From contig JADZDR010000022.1 of assembly GCA_020850945.1 (NCBI GenBank), forward strand, positions 82,421 through 146,420: DNA of 64,000 nucleotides, read 5' to 3'. How positions within the stretch are numbered: the first letter of the stretch is position 1; every line of letters begins with the position of its first letter. The translations under genes were made by a program, and so were the position numbers. The stretch comes from Acidimicrobiia bacterium. GTDB taxonomy: Bacteria; Actinomycetota; Acidimicrobiia; UBA2766. Positions 49,762-59,614 of this stretch are shown in pieces. The notes beneath the pieces are model-generated. The model did no database searches. It saw nothing but the letters and a program-made list of their open reading frames with translations, and had not been told where the DNA came from.

Positions 49762-50973
49762 GTGACGACATTCGACGGGGCGGTCGCGCTCGTCACGGGC
49801 GCGGGATCTGGGATCGGACGTGCAACCGCGCACCGCCTCGCCGAAGCGGGGACAGCCGTCGCCGTGTGCGACTGGGACACCGACCGGGCGGACACGGTCG
49901 CGGCCGAGATCACGGATGCCGGTGGCCGCGCCCTCGCCATGAGCGCCGACGTGAGCAAGCCCAAGGACGTGCAGACCGCAGTGGACGCCACCGTGGACGC
50001 GTTCGGGTCGCTCGGGATCCTCGTCAACAACGCCGGCCTCAGCACGCTCTCGCCGATCGAGGAGATGCTCGAGGACGAATGGGAACTGGTCCAGGACGTT
50101 TGCCTCAAGGCCGTCTATCTCGGTATCCGCTTCGCGACGCCACATCTCCGACGGGCACAGGCCGGGGGCCGCATAGTCAACACGGCATCGATCAGCGGTA
50201 TCGTCCCCTCGGCGGGCGAGGCCCACTACGCCGCCGCGAAGGCGGGTGTCATCGCCCTCACACGTACCGCCGCGATCGAGCTGGGACCCGAGATCACCGT
50301 CAACGCCGTGGCACCGGGAACGATCGCCACCGGGCTCACACGGGGCCAGCTTGCGATCGGGAGCGAGGTGGATCGCATCATCGACAAGACCCCCGCCCAA
50401 CGCATCGGCGACCCCGACGACGTCGCCGAAGTCATCGCCTTCCTCGCGTCTCCGGCCGCCCGCTTCGTGACCGGGGTGACGATCCCCGTCGACGGCGGTC
50501 TCAGCCTCCGTTCGAGCGGTGTGGACACAGCCCTTGCCACCGTGCGGGCGATGGGGGTGCGCTACGGGACGAGCGTTGCCGGACATCCCGTCGACGCGGC
50601 GTTCGGGTCCGATACCTGGCTCGGAGAGATCACGTCCGTGACCGCCTCGGACGCCGACTTCCGCGAGAGGGCGGATGGTGTCGACATCCGTCTGCAGATC
50701 ACCGCAGGCACCACCGGCTTCGGTCTGGAGATCGGCGGCAACTCACTGCGGTCCACGTGGACCGGTGCACGCGACGCCGGCACCGTCGACCTCACGGTCG
50801 CCGCGGACGAGGAGACGTGGCGGCAGATACTCACGGGCCATCTCGACCCCGCAAAGGCGATGACGATGCAGCGCCTCTCGGTCGAGGGGGACATGGAGCT
50901 CCTCACGCAGTCGGCAGGCGCGCTCCTGCGCCTGTTCGAGCTCTTCGTCGCCCGTCCACCGCGCTTCCCCTGA
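49762..50973 (+). CDS. SDR oxidoreductase fused to a C-terminal SCP2 sterol/lipid-carrier domain.
   Basis: The N-terminal half reads ALVTGAGSGIGRATAHRLAEAGTAVAVC...NNAG...YAAAKAGVIALTRTAAIEL...PGTIATGL (a classical SDR). The C-terminal 130 aa read TWRQILTGHLDPAKAMTMQRLSVEGDMELLTQSAGALLRLF, the SCP2 motif. The GTG at 49762 follows ggaggg. Confidence 0.8.
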   Translation: MTTFDGAVALVTGAGSGIGRATAHRLAEAGTAVAVCDWDTDRADTVAAEITDAGGRALAMSADVSKPKDVQTAVDATVDAFGSLGILVNNAGLSTLSPIEEMLEDEWELVQDVCLKAVYLGIRFATPHLRRAQAGGRIVNTASISGIVPSAGEAHYAAAKAGVIALTRTAAIELGPEITVNAVAPGTIATGLTRGQLAIGSEVDRIIDKTPAQRIGDPDDVAEVIAFLASPAARFVTGVTIPVDGGLSLRSSGVDTALATVRAMGVRYGTSVAGHPVDAAFGSDTWLGEITSVTASDADFRERADGVDIRLQITAGTTGFGLEIGGNSLRSTWTGARDAGTVDLTVAADEETWRQILTGHLDPAKAMTMQRLSVEGDMELLTQSAGALLRLFELFVARPPRFP

Positions 50974-50986
50974 GGCGGGATTCCCC

Positions 50987-52180
50987 TCAGGTGAACCGGA
51001 ACAGGACCTTGACGGCGCCACTCGCGGCCTTGTCGGCGAGGAGGGAGTAGGCCCCCTGCCAGTTCGCAAAGGCCACCTCGTGCGTGACGATCGCCGACAC
51101 GTCGAATCCCTCGGCGAGGAGATCGAAGTAGTGCTCGAACGCGTGCTTGTGCACACCGTCTCTCGTCTCGAACCCGAACGCGTTCGATCCGCGGACGCTG
51201 ATCTCCTTGAAGTACAGGGGCGTCCACTCGAACCGCTTCGGCGCCTCCACCCCTGATATCGCGATGGCCCCTTCGACACCCACGAGACGCAGGGCGGTCT
51301 CGACCGTCTTGGGCTTGCCCACCGTGTCGTAGACGACGCCGGGGCCGTCGAGAAGCCAGCGTTTCCTCGACCACGCCGTGAGCGGTTCGGCGTGGCAGAG
51401 CGCCGCCACCGAGTCGACGAGTGCGTCGGGCGCGGGTCCGAACACCTCGTCGGCACCGAACTTCTTGGCGAGATCAGCACCCACGTCGTGCTTGCTCACA
51501 GCCCAGATCTCGAGATCGGGATGCAGGTGACGGAGCAGGGCGACCGCGGCGAGGCCGAGTGTCCCGCACCCGTAGACCAGCGCCGGCCTGTTCGGATCAG
51601 GTGGTGTGCGCAGGACGTGACGCAGGGAGACGCTCACCGGATCGGCGAGGACGGCCTGATGCGGGGTCACGCCGGCGGGCACCGCATGTAGCTGCGACTC
51701 GTGGGCGCTGAAGCTCTCCGCGTGCACGCCGCCCCGGTCGGCGCAGTTGCCGAGGTGGATTCCCCGCGCGAAGGCGCCGTGCGTGAAGTTGCGGCAGTGC
51801 GAGGTGTCGCCGTTGCGACAGGCCACGCAGAGCTCCTCGATACCCCTCGTGCGGCACGGCAGCCACGGGTCGAGGACGACGAGCTCACCGGTGTCCCGGC
51901 GGCGGGCCAGTGCTTCGTGGCCGAGAATGTGGGGCAACGAGATGAGGGCCGTCATGGGGTTGTCGAGCGAGCCGTGCAGGAACACCTGCTTGGCGTCGGA
52001 GCCGCAGATCCCGGCCAGTTGGGTGTCACAGGTCACCCACCCGTCTCCCGTGAACGGTTCCGGTACCACCTCCATCCGGATCGGTGCGGATCCCGCCACG
52101 TATGCGCGTCTCGAGAGGAGCGATGCCGCCTTCGTCACGGCGATCCTCGGAATGTTCTGGCGGAAGACGAGCGCCTTCAT
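50987..52180 (-). CDS. Zinc-dependent alcohol dehydrogenase (MDR; formaldehyde/threonine-dehydrogenase-like).
   Basis: Translation: MKALVFRQN...CGICGSDAKQVF...GHEAL (catalytic Zn), CVACRNGDTSHC (structural Zn), YGCGTLGLAAVALL (Rossmann). The start was taken at M19 of the track ORF. Confidence 0.8.
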   Translation of the reverse strand: MKALVFRQNIPRIAVTKAASLLSRRAYVAGSAPIRMEVVPEPFTGDGWVTCDTQLAGICGSDAKQVFLHGSLDNPMTALISLPHILGHEALARRRDTGELVVLDPWLPCRTRGIEELCVACRNGDTSHCRNFTHGAFARGIHLGNCADRGGVHAESFSAHESQLHAVPAGVTPHQAVLADPVSVSLRHVLRTPPDPNRPALVYGCGTLGLAAVALLRHLHPDLEIWAVSKHDVGADLAKKFGADEVFGPAPDALVDSVAALCHAEPLTAWSRKRWLLDGPGVVYDTVGKPKTVETALRLVGVEGAIAISGVEAPKRFEWTPLYFKEISVRGSNAFGFETRDGVHKHAFEHYFDLLAEGFDVSAIVTHEVAFANWQGAYSLLADKAASGAVKVLFRFT

Positions 52181-52241
52181 GAGCCCCCCTGCACGATCGC
52201 CGCATTGTCCCTCATCCGAGAGGGGGCCGTCCACGCCACGT

Positions 52242-54335
52242 TCACGGCTGCGGTCGGGACGCGGCTCCCACGACGAGGGCGTCGGCAGCCCAGACTCCGT
52301 CGGGTGTCACGAGGAGGGGGTTCACGTCGAGCTCGGCGATCCTCTCGTCCCCTGTGAGGGAGGCGACGGCGAGCACGGCGTCGACGAGAGCGCGGCGGTG
52401 CACGGGCTTGGCGCCCCGCGCCCCTTCGAGGAGCGGCGCGCTGCGCAGTCTCGCCAGCATCTCGTCCACCATGGCGCTGTCCAACGGCGGCAGGCCGAGG
52501 ACGACGTCGTCGAACACCTCCGTGTAGACCCCGCCGAGACCGACTGCGATCACCGGCCCGAACGTCTCGTCCCGGCTCATCCCCACGATGATCTCGACGG
52601 CGTCGGTCACCATCTGCTGCACCGATACGCCCTCGATCTCGGCTTCAGGGAAACCGGCCCGGGCGGCGGCGATCAGCTCCTCGGCCGCGGCGCGGGCCGC
52701 CTCGCCACCGGCGATGCCGAGCCGCACGAGTCCGGCATCGCTCTTGTGGGGTATCTGCGGTGACGAGATCTTGAGGACGACGGCCTCGCAGCCCGTCCTG
52801 TCCATGATCGCGTCCGCCGCGTCCGCCGCCTCCGCCGGTGTCGCAGCGAGCATCTCGGCGACGACCGGGACCCCGGCCGCCTCGAGCACGCGCCGCGACG
52901 CATGCTCGCTCATCGTCCCGGCCGTGACCTCGTACGTGTCCGGATCCGTGAGGCCCATCTCGATCTTCACATCCGGTCTGTACGTGCCCGCGAAGTGCTT
53001 GTAGTCGAGGAACGCCCTCACGGCCTTCGTCCCGTTGCGGGCACCCCGCGTCATCGGCACGCGCCGCCGGCAGAGGATCCGGTACCCCTCGTCGGCGAGC
53101 GGCGACCCCCAGAAGACGACCACGGGCACGTCCGTCCGCTCGACGAGATCGGCTATGTCGGTGCAGAGCATCTCGGACATCGACTCGAGCACGCCGGTGA
53201 TGGGGATCACCACGATCCCCGTCGCGGGATCCTCGACCATCGCGTCGAGGATGTGCGGGTTCTCGCCGCTGCGAATGTTCTGGCCGCCGTTGTCGACGGG
53301 ATTCGACACCTGCAGGTAGTCCGGGATGTACTCCCGGATACGTGCCTGGGTCGTGTCCGACAGCCCGGGAAGTTCGATCCCGGCCGCCCCGAAGAGGTCG
53401 GCGACGTGAGCGCCCGTCCCGCCCGAGATCGCGTAGATGACCGCACCGTCGGACTTGGGTTCGGGCAGGAGCGTGAAGAGACCGGCGATCTCGGCGACCT
53501 CGTCGAGGTCCTCGCACCGGATGACCCCGTAGCGACGAAAGACGGCTTCGACCACGCGGTCCGAACCGGTCAGGTGGCCCGTGTGGGCCTGGGCCATCTT
53601 CGCGCCGGCATCGGACCGTCCGACCTTGACGCACACGACGGGTACGCCCCGGGTCGCCGCCGTGTCGAGCGCGGCCCGCGTCCTCGCGGCGTCCTTGAAC
53701 CCCTCCACGTACATCGCGATCGCGCCCGTGTCATCGAGGCGGGCGAAGTGGTCGATGAAGTCGGCTGCCTCGAGATGCACCTCGTTGCCGGTTGGGGCCC
53801 AATGGTTGAAGGCGATGCCGAGCTGCTCGGCCTGGACGATCGGGCGCCCCTGGTGACCGGACTGGGTGATGAGCGCCACCTTGCGCCCGGGCCTGTCCTC
53901 GAACGGCTCGAACGCGTTCGCGTTCGTGTTCGGCCCGAAGATCGTGATACCGGCCTCGTCTGCGATCCGGGCGACCTCCGCCTCGCGGGCGGCACCCTCC
54001 TCCCCCACCTCCGAGAACCCGGCCGTGAAGATGAGGGCGAAACGTGTGTTCTTCTCGCCGGCCTGACGCAGCGCGCCCTCGACGTCACCCACCATGATGA
54101 GGGCGAGATCGATGTCGTCCTCTGGCAGGTCGCCGATCGTGTCGAAGCAGGGGATCCCGTCGATGTCGTCCGCGTTCGGCGTGATCGGGTAGACGCGGCT
54201 GCCCCGCGGCGTCATCCTCGCATGCACCTTCTTGAAGAGGTTGTACCCGCCCCGCTTCGGGTTCCTCGAGACGCCGATCACGGCGACCGTCTCGGGATTG
54301 AAGAACCTGTCGAGATCGACTGCGTGATCCGCCAT
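52242..54335 (-). CDS. ADP-forming acyl-CoA (acetyl-CoA) synthetase, fused alpha/beta (CoA-binding + succinyl-CoA-synthetase-like flavodoxin + ATP-grasp domains).
   Basis: Translation: FNPETVAVIGVSRNPKRGGYNLFK (CoA-binding), ...TQSGHQGRPIV...AQAHTGHLTG (phospho-His loop), and a C-terminal ATP-grasp (VVLKISSPQIPHKSDAGLVRLGI). Length is 697 aa from the ATG after ggagggg. Confidence 0.85.
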   Translation of the reverse strand: MADHAVDLDRFFNPETVAVIGVSRNPKRGGYNLFKKVHARMTPRGSRVYPITPNADDIDGIPCFDTIGDLPEDDIDLALIMVGDVEGALRQAGEKNTRFALIFTAGFSEVGEEGAAREAEVARIADEAGITIFGPNTNANAFEPFEDRPGRKVALITQSGHQGRPIVQAEQLGIAFNHWAPTGNEVHLEAADFIDHFARLDDTGAIAMYVEGFKDAARTRAALDTAATRGVPVVCVKVGRSDAGAKMAQAHTGHLTGSDRVVEAVFRRYGVIRCEDLDEVAEIAGLFTLLPEPKSDGAVIYAISGGTGAHVADLFGAAGIELPGLSDTTQARIREYIPDYLQVSNPVDNGGQNIRSGENPHILDAMVEDPATGIVVIPITGVLESMSEMLCTDIADLVERTDVPVVVFWGSPLADEGYRILCRRRVPMTRGARNGTKAVRAFLDYKHFAGTYRPDVKIEMGLTDPDTYEVTAGTMSEHASRRVLEAAGVPVVAEMLAATPAEAADAADAIMDRTGCEAVVLKISSPQIPHKSDAGLVRLGIAGGEAARAAAEELIAAARAGFPEAEIEGVSVQQMVTDAVEIIVGMSRDETFGPVIAVGLGGVYTEVFDDVVLGLPPLDSAMVDEMLARLRSAPLLEGARGAKPVHRRALVDAVLAVASLTGDERIAELDVNPLLVTPDGVWAADALVVGAASRPQP

Positions 54336-54546
54336 CGCCCCTCCGTGCCGCATGTCGTACAAGGAACCTTAGACGACCTCGGGTCGGGGCCACCATGCAT
54401 GCATTTGGACAGGGCCACAGGTCGTGCAAGAATCACTGAACGACATGAATGGGGGCCTGCCCGGTCCCGAACGGAGGTCCGTGTGGAGTCCACTGCAATG
54501 CCGCCCCCCCCGACGCACACCGTGCGCACCAGGACCGGAGCCTCCC

Positions 54547-55740
54547 GTGCAGGCACGTGAGGCTGTCATCTGTGACGCCGTGCGCACACCGGTCGGGAAG
54601 CGCAACGGCCGGCTCGCCGGCTGGCATCCGGCCGATCTCCTCGGCTTCATCCTCAACGCGATCCTCGAACGCAACAGCCTCGACCCCGAGCTCGTCGACG
54701 ACGTCATCGGCGGCAACGTAACGCAGTGTGCCGAACAGGGCGTCAACGTGACACGCAACGGCTGGGTCTCGGGCGGACTGCCCTGGACAGTGCCGGCGAC
54801 GACGGTCGATCGCCAGTGCGGGTCGTCCCAGCAGGCAGCCCACTTCGCCGCCCAGGGGGTGATTGCCGGCGCCTACGACCTCGTGATCGCGTGCGGGGTC
54901 GAGTCGATGACGCGCGTCCCGATGTCCATCAACGCCTGGGGCGGCGAGAGCCCCTTCGGACCCGGTTTCCTGGCTGCGACGGACGGGCAGCTCAAGACGC
55001 AGTTCGAGGTCGCCCAACACATAGCGGACGAGTGGAAGATCACCCGTGACGAGATGGATGCCTTCGCCCTCGAGAGCCACCGCCGCGCCGCGGCCGCGAT
55101 CGACGCCGGTGCGTTCGAGCGTGAGACCGTCCCGATCCACATCCGCGATGCCGAGATGAACCCCACGCCCGAGGTCATGCGCGTCGACGAGGGCCCGCGC
55201 CGCGACACGTCCATGCAGAAGCTCGCCTCACTCCGGTCCGCCGTCGACTGGGACGAGACTGGCGCTCTCGCCCCCGACATCACGGCCGGCAACTCGTCCC
55301 AGATGTCGGACGGCTCGTCCGCCATGATCATCGCGTCCCGGGAGACGGCCGAGCGGCTCGGTCTTCCCGTACGGGCCCGGTTCTGCCACTTCACGGTTGC
55401 CGCCGAGGACGCCGTGTGGGTACTCACCGCCCCGAACCGCTGCACGCGCAAGGCCCTTGCCCGCTCCGGCATGCAGATCGACGACTTCGACGCGATCGAG
55501 GTCAACGAGGCGTTCGCCTCCGTCGTGCTCGCCTGGCAACGCGAGTTCGCCGCCGACCCCGAGAAGTTGAACCCACGCGGGGGCGGCATCGCGCTCGGCC
55601 ACCCGCTCGGCGCCACGGGTGTGAAGCTCCTCACGACGATGCTCCACTACCTGGAGGACACGGGCGGGCGCTTCGGCTTCCAGACCATGTGCGAGGGGGG
55701 CGGCCAGGCGAACGCCACCGTCATCGAACGCCTCGGCTGA
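54547..55740 (+). CDS. Acetyl-CoA C-acyltransferase (thiolase).
   Basis: Translation: AVICDAVRTPVGKRNG...VDRQCGSSQQAAHFAAQGV (active-site Cys), ...NEAFASVVL...GGGIALGHPLGATG...CEGGGQANATVIE. The GTG at 54547 (MQAREAVICDAVRTP) gives a canonical thiolase N-terminus. Confidence 0.9.
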   Translation: MQAREAVICDAVRTPVGKRNGRLAGWHPADLLGFILNAILERNSLDPELVDDVIGGNVTQCAEQGVNVTRNGWVSGGLPWTVPATTVDRQCGSSQQAAHFAAQGVIAGAYDLVIACGVESMTRVPMSINAWGGESPFGPGFLAATDGQLKTQFEVAQHIADEWKITRDEMDAFALESHRRAAAAIDAGAFERETVPIHIRDAEMNPTPEVMRVDEGPRRDTSMQKLASLRSAVDWDETGALAPDITAGNSSQMSDGSSAMIIASRETAERLGLPVRARFCHFTVAAEDAVWVLTAPNRCTRKALARSGMQIDDFDAIEVNEAFASVVLAWQREFAADPEKLNPRGGGIALGHPLGATGVKLLTTMLHYLEDTGGRFGFQTMCEGGGQANATVIERLG

Positions 55741-55765
55741 TCCGCATCCCGTTCGGGTTGTGGGC

Positions 55766-56233
55766 TCAGGCCGATTCCTCGGCAGGGCGCTGGCCGACGA
55801 GATCGGCGAGACGTGCCAGCGTCTCACGCAACTCGGTGTTCTCGGCCTCGAGTTCGGCGACGCGGCGGCGGAGTCGCTCGACATCGTCGTCCTCCCGCTT
55901 CGCGTGGAGGTCGATGAGCAACTCCTCGTACCGCTTGATGAACGCGTCCGCGAGATGGCTTCCCCCCCGGCCGTCGGCGCTCGACTCCGTGCCTTCGATC
56001 GGCTTGGCCGAGCGGACCTGGATGACGGAGGGTCGTCCGGCCGCACCCTTGCGCAGCGTCACGACACGCCCCGCCCGCCGCAGGGCCTGGAGTCCGAGTT
56101 GGACGGCTGAAGCCGACAGTTCCGTCTCGTCGGCGACCTGGCGCACGGACATCTCCACCGTGCCCTCCGCCGAGGCGGCCGCGGCGAGCGCGTGCAGAAC
56201 CTGATTTGCGTATGAGATCTCGTAACGCTTCAA
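55766..56233 (-). CDS. Hypothetical protein with predicted winged-helix DNA-binding region and a C-terminal coiled coil.
   Basis: Translation: YANQVLHALAAAASAEGTVEMSVRQVADETELSASAVQLGLQALRRAGRVVTLRKGAAGRPSVIQVR (HTH-like), then DDVERLRRRVAELEAENTELRETLARLADLV (leucine-zipper-like). The TTG start was chosen after ggagag. The track start at 56290 adds a Ser/Thr/Cys-rich leader. Confidence 0.5.
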   Translation of the reverse strand: MKRYEISYANQVLHALAAAASAEGTVEMSVRQVADETELSASAVQLGLQALRRAGRVVTLRKGAAGRPSVIQVRSAKPIEGTESSADGRGGSHLADAFIKRYEELLIDLHAKREDDDVERLRRRVAELEAENTELRETLARLADLVGQRPAEESA

Positions 56234-56319
56234 CGCTCTCCGTTTCGAGGTCGTACAAGAAGTCTTGCACGAACTGGCGTCCGTGGCCACAAAATCGCCC
56301 GTCTCACGCTCACATCTCC

Positions 56320-56754
56320 TCAGCGGGCCAGGTTGAGCGCGATCAGGTCGAGCTCACGGCGCGTCTGGCGCCTGCCCTGGGGGATGACGAAGAGCCGGTC
56401 GAGAAGACCCGAGAGCGGCCCGAACGTCGTGTGCACGGTGGTCGTGAATGTCACGCGGGTTCCGTCGTCGACCTCGTCGAACTCGCAGACCTCGTTCGCA
56501 TCGAACATGGACTCGATGTCGACCTCGATGCGGGTCGGCTTGACCGCTTCGCGCACGCGCAGCGTCGCCCACGGCCGGATGGCGAGGACGCGGATCCTGA
56601 ACCTGTACTCGGCCCCGGCCCCGGTCTCCTGTGTCGTCCGCTCCACGTCTCTCACGTCCGGGTTGTAATCCGCCAGGTTCAGGAAGTCGAGACGGTAGGC
56701 GTAGACATCCTCGATCGACGCCTCCATGAGCTTCGTCTCGGTGTAGACGGCCAT
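56320..56754 (-). CDS. SRPBCC-superfamily protein (polyketide cyclase/dehydrase, Bet v1-like).
   Basis: 144 aa. Translation: MAVYTETKLMEASIEDVYAYRLDFLNLADYNP...TRVTFTTTVHTTFGPLSGLLDRLF. This is the characteristic beta-alpha-alpha-beta6-alpha layout. Confidence 0.7.
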   Translation of the reverse strand: MAVYTETKLMEASIEDVYAYRLDFLNLADYNPDVRDVERTTQETGAGAEYRFRIRVLAIRPWATLRVREAVKPTRIEVDIESMFDANEVCEFDEVDDGTRVTFTTTVHTTFGPLSGLLDRLFVIPQGRRQTRRELDLIALNLAR

Positions 56755-56837
56755 GACGGCGAAGCGTAGTTGAGGCAGGTGGTGGCCTCGGCCGTATCAT
56801 GGTCTCGCGAGGGAACGGATACTCGAGGGGGAGAGAC

Positions 56838-57167
56838 GTGCGCTTCTTTGTTGCGGGTTGGTTCGACACCGCCGTGGCACTCGAGGAGGAACGGGTCGAG
56901 GACTACGCGACGTCCATGGAGATGCTGCGCAAGTGGCACGAAGAAGGGGTCGTGCAGTCCTTCGAGTTCTTCTCGGACCGCCTCGGCGGCATGGCGATCT
57001 TCGAAGTCGCCGACGTCGACGAGCTGCAACGCCTCCTCGACCTCGTGCCCCTCGTGGACGAGGACGCTTTCGCCTTGTCGATGGCGGAGCTCTTCGACCT
57101 CCACGACGACGAGCGCACTACCGCGGAGATCGTGCACGAGATCGTGACCCGCCAGCTCGGCTCCTGA
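56838..57167 (+). CDS. Small protein (109 aa), muconolactone delta-isomerase-like / ferredoxin-like fold (tentative).
   Basis: Translation: VRFFVAGWFDTAVALEEERVEDYATSMEMLRKWHEEGVVQSFEFFSDRLGGMAIFEVADVDELQRLLDLVPLVDED. Its spacing resembles MLI (...W..G.....Y......F.V.....L...L...P). The GTG at 56838 follows gggggagag. Confidence 0.5.
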   Translation: MRFFVAGWFDTAVALEEERVEDYATSMEMLRKWHEEGVVQSFEFFSDRLGGMAIFEVADVDELQRLLDLVPLVDEDAFALSMAELFDLHDDERTTAEIVHEIVTRQLGS

Positions 57168-57229
57168 CACCAGACGTCGCGCGAGACGATCCTTGTACGA
57201 CACGGCGGGATGCTGGGTAGGATCCGCCC

Positions 57230-58075
57230 ATGGGCGAGTCCGCGTTCGAGACCGTTCACGTGACACGTCACGGCAACGTGGCCCGCGTCACGATGAACAG
57301 ACCCGGCCAACGCAATGCGCAGAGCATGCAGCTCATCGACGAGCTCGGCGAGGCGATGGCCGTGTGCGACGGCGACGGCGACGTGCATGTGATCGTCCTC
57401 GCCGGTGAGGGTCCGGCATTCTCCTCGGGCCACGACCTGAAAGAGCTCGTCGGCCCCACGGCCGACCCCGAGCTCACCGAGCGACGCTCGACCCCGGAGG
57501 GCCGCCTCGCCCACGAGGAGGAGCAGTACGTGGATCACTGCCTTGCGATCCACGACCTGCGCACACCCACGGTCGCCGAGGTGCAGGGCCACTGCGTGGC
57601 CGCCGGTCTCATGCTCGCCTGCATGTGCGACCTGATCGTGGCAGCGGAGACGGCGGTGTTCCAGAACCCGGTGGTGCGGATGACGGGTGCGGGTGTCGAG
57701 CTCCTCGTCGAACCGTGGGAGCTGGGGGCCCGCAAGGCGAAGGAGTTCCTCTTCACGGGTGACCCGATCGACGCGATGGAGGCGTGGCGCCTCGGTCTCG
57801 TGAACCGGGTTGTCCCGGAGGGCTCGCTCACTGCCGAGACCATGGCCCTGGCAGAGCGCATCGCGGCGATGCCTCCCGTCACCGTGCAGCTCGTGAAACG
57901 GTCGATCAACAAGACGCTCGACCTCATGGGCAAGCGGGACGCGTTCGACTTCCACTTCATGCTCCACCAGTTCGCGCACGACACGGCGACTGCCCGCACA
58001 GCCCTCGAGGCACGACGCCAGAAGGGCTCGATGCGGGAGGTCTTCGCCGAGCGGGACAAGGGCTTCGAGTCCTGA
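57230..58075 (+). CDS. Enoyl-CoA hydratase/isomerase family protein.
   Basis: Translation: VARVTMNRPGQRNAQSMQLIDEL...HVIVLAGEGPAFSSGHDLKEL...TVAEVQGHCVAAGLMLACMCDLIVAAETAVFQNPVVRMTGAG. Confidence 0.88.
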   Translation: MGESAFETVHVTRHGNVARVTMNRPGQRNAQSMQLIDELGEAMAVCDGDGDVHVIVLAGEGPAFSSGHDLKELVGPTADPELTERRSTPEGRLAHEEEQYVDHCLAIHDLRTPTVAEVQGHCVAAGLMLACMCDLIVAAETAVFQNPVVRMTGAGVELLVEPWELGARKAKEFLFTGDPIDAMEAWRLGLVNRVVPEGSLTAETMALAERIAAMPPVTVQLVKRSINKTLDLMGKRDAFDFHFMLHQFAHDTATARTALEARRQKGSMREVFAERDKGFES

Positions 58076-59277
58076 TGCCCGCCCCCCTCGCCGGGATCCG
58101 CGTGCTCGACGTGGGCACACGAATCGGCGCACCGTTCGCGGCAACACTCCTCGCCGAGTTCGGCGCCGACGTCGTCAAGATCGAAGAGCCGGCTGTCGGT
58201 GACTTCCTCCGTTCCATCGGGCCCTTCCCATCGGACGGGGCCGGGGGTGATTACTCGCTGTTCTGGGCAACGGAGGGCCGCGGCAAGCGTTCAGTCACCC
58301 TGAACCTCCGCAAGGAGGCGGGCCAGTCGCTCTTCCGTCGCCTCGTCGCGACCGCCGATGTGCTCGTGGAGAACTTCCGGCCCGGCACGATGGAGGCTTG
58401 GGGGCTGGGGCCGGACGACCTCGCCGACGTGAACCCCCGCCTCGTCTACTCGCGGGTGAGCGTCTACGGCCAGGACGGCCCGTACCGCGACCGACCCGGA
58501 CTCGACCGCATGGGCATCGGCCTCGGCGGCCTCCTCTACCTGACAGGTGAACCGGACCGTCCCCCACAGCGGCCCGGTGTCGTCGTGAGTGACTACCTCA
58601 CGGGTGTCTTCAACGCATTCGGCATCCTCCTCGCCTTGCGCGAACGAGACGCGTCGGCAACCGGCCAGACCCTCGATCTGTCGCTGTACGAGTCGATCCT
58701 GCGCATCCTCGAGGCCGTGCCGGCCGACTACGACCGGAACGGAACCGTGCGTGAGCGCGACGGCAATCGCCTCGCCACATCCGCTCCCCTCGACAACTTC
58801 GCCTGCGCCGACGGCGCCTACGTATGCGTCGTGGCAGCATCCGATCGCCTCTTCGCCCGGCTCTGCAACGCGATCGGGCATCCCGCGCTCCCGACCGACG
58901 ATCGCTACGACACGCTCGCGAAGCGGGCCCGGGCCGGCGACGACATGAACGCCGTCGTCGCGACCTGGTGTGCGGCGCGGACCTCGGACGAGGTGGTCGA
59001 GACCCTCGTGGCAGCGGACGTTCCCGTCTGCAAGGCCGCGTCGATCGCCGACATCTTCGAGGATCCGCAGGTGACCGCGCGGGCGGCGCTCGTCGAGGTT
59101 CCCGATCCCGTCGTGGGGACCGTGCGCCAGCAGGCCGTCACTCCCCGCCTCTCCCGTACCCCGGGGTCCGTGCCCCGCGGCGCTCCCCGTCTCGGCGAGC
59201 ACAACGCCGAGGTCTACGCCGAGCTGGGACTCGACGCCGGCGACCTCGATGCCCTCGCGTCGGCGGGGGTCATATGA
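58075..59277 (+). CDS. CoA-transferase family III (CaiB/BaiF).
   Basis: Translation: LAGIRVLDVGTRIGAPFAATLLAEFGADVVKIE...LVENFRPGTMEAWGLGPDDL...VYGQDGPYRDRPGLDRMGIGLGGLLYLTG. The ATG overlaps the preceding stop (TGATG). Confidence 0.88.
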   Translation: MPAPLAGIRVLDVGTRIGAPFAATLLAEFGADVVKIEEPAVGDFLRSIGPFPSDGAGGDYSLFWATEGRGKRSVTLNLRKEAGQSLFRRLVATADVLVENFRPGTMEAWGLGPDDLADVNPRLVYSRVSVYGQDGPYRDRPGLDRMGIGLGGLLYLTGEPDRPPQRPGVVVSDYLTGVFNAFGILLALRERDASATGQTLDLSLYESILRILEAVPADYDRNGTVRERDGNRLATSAPLDNFACADGAYVCVVAASDRLFARLCNAIGHPALPTDDRYDTLAKRARAGDDMNAVVATWCAARTSDEVVETLVAADVPVCKAASIADIFEDPQVTARAALVEVPDPVVGTVRQQAVTPRLSRTPGSVPRGAPRLGEHNAEVYAELGLDAGDLDALASAGVI

Positions 59278-59614
59278 CAGCCGGACGCGGGCCGCGCCCC
59301 GCTGTCTCCCCTGCCTGCCTGATCGGGACGAAGGTCCCTGTCGCCACATCCGGTCTCGACCCTTCAATGGAACCGTGAGCTCACGATCCCCTTCGCACGG
59401 CGGCTCGGATCACGAGGCCGACAAGGCAGCGGTGGCCGAGACCGTCCTCGTTCCCGAGGTCGTGGGGGCAGGCCGTCACGAGGCAGCGCGTGTGGATGCC
59501 GACGGTGAGACCGGCCTCGACAACGTCGAGGTGCAGGCAACACCCGTCCTCCTCACGGTCGAATCGGAGGGCAAGAAGGCCCGGCGGTGGCGGCTCGTCC
59601 CGCTCCCACCCGAC

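Noticed and set aside
50971-50989. Short hairpin CCTGAGG-N9-CCTCAGG spanning the two convergent stop codons of the SDR-SCP2 and Zn-ADH genes.
   Set aside because: It has only a 7-bp stem with a 9-nt loop. It is too weak to call a terminator confidently, so it is noted only.
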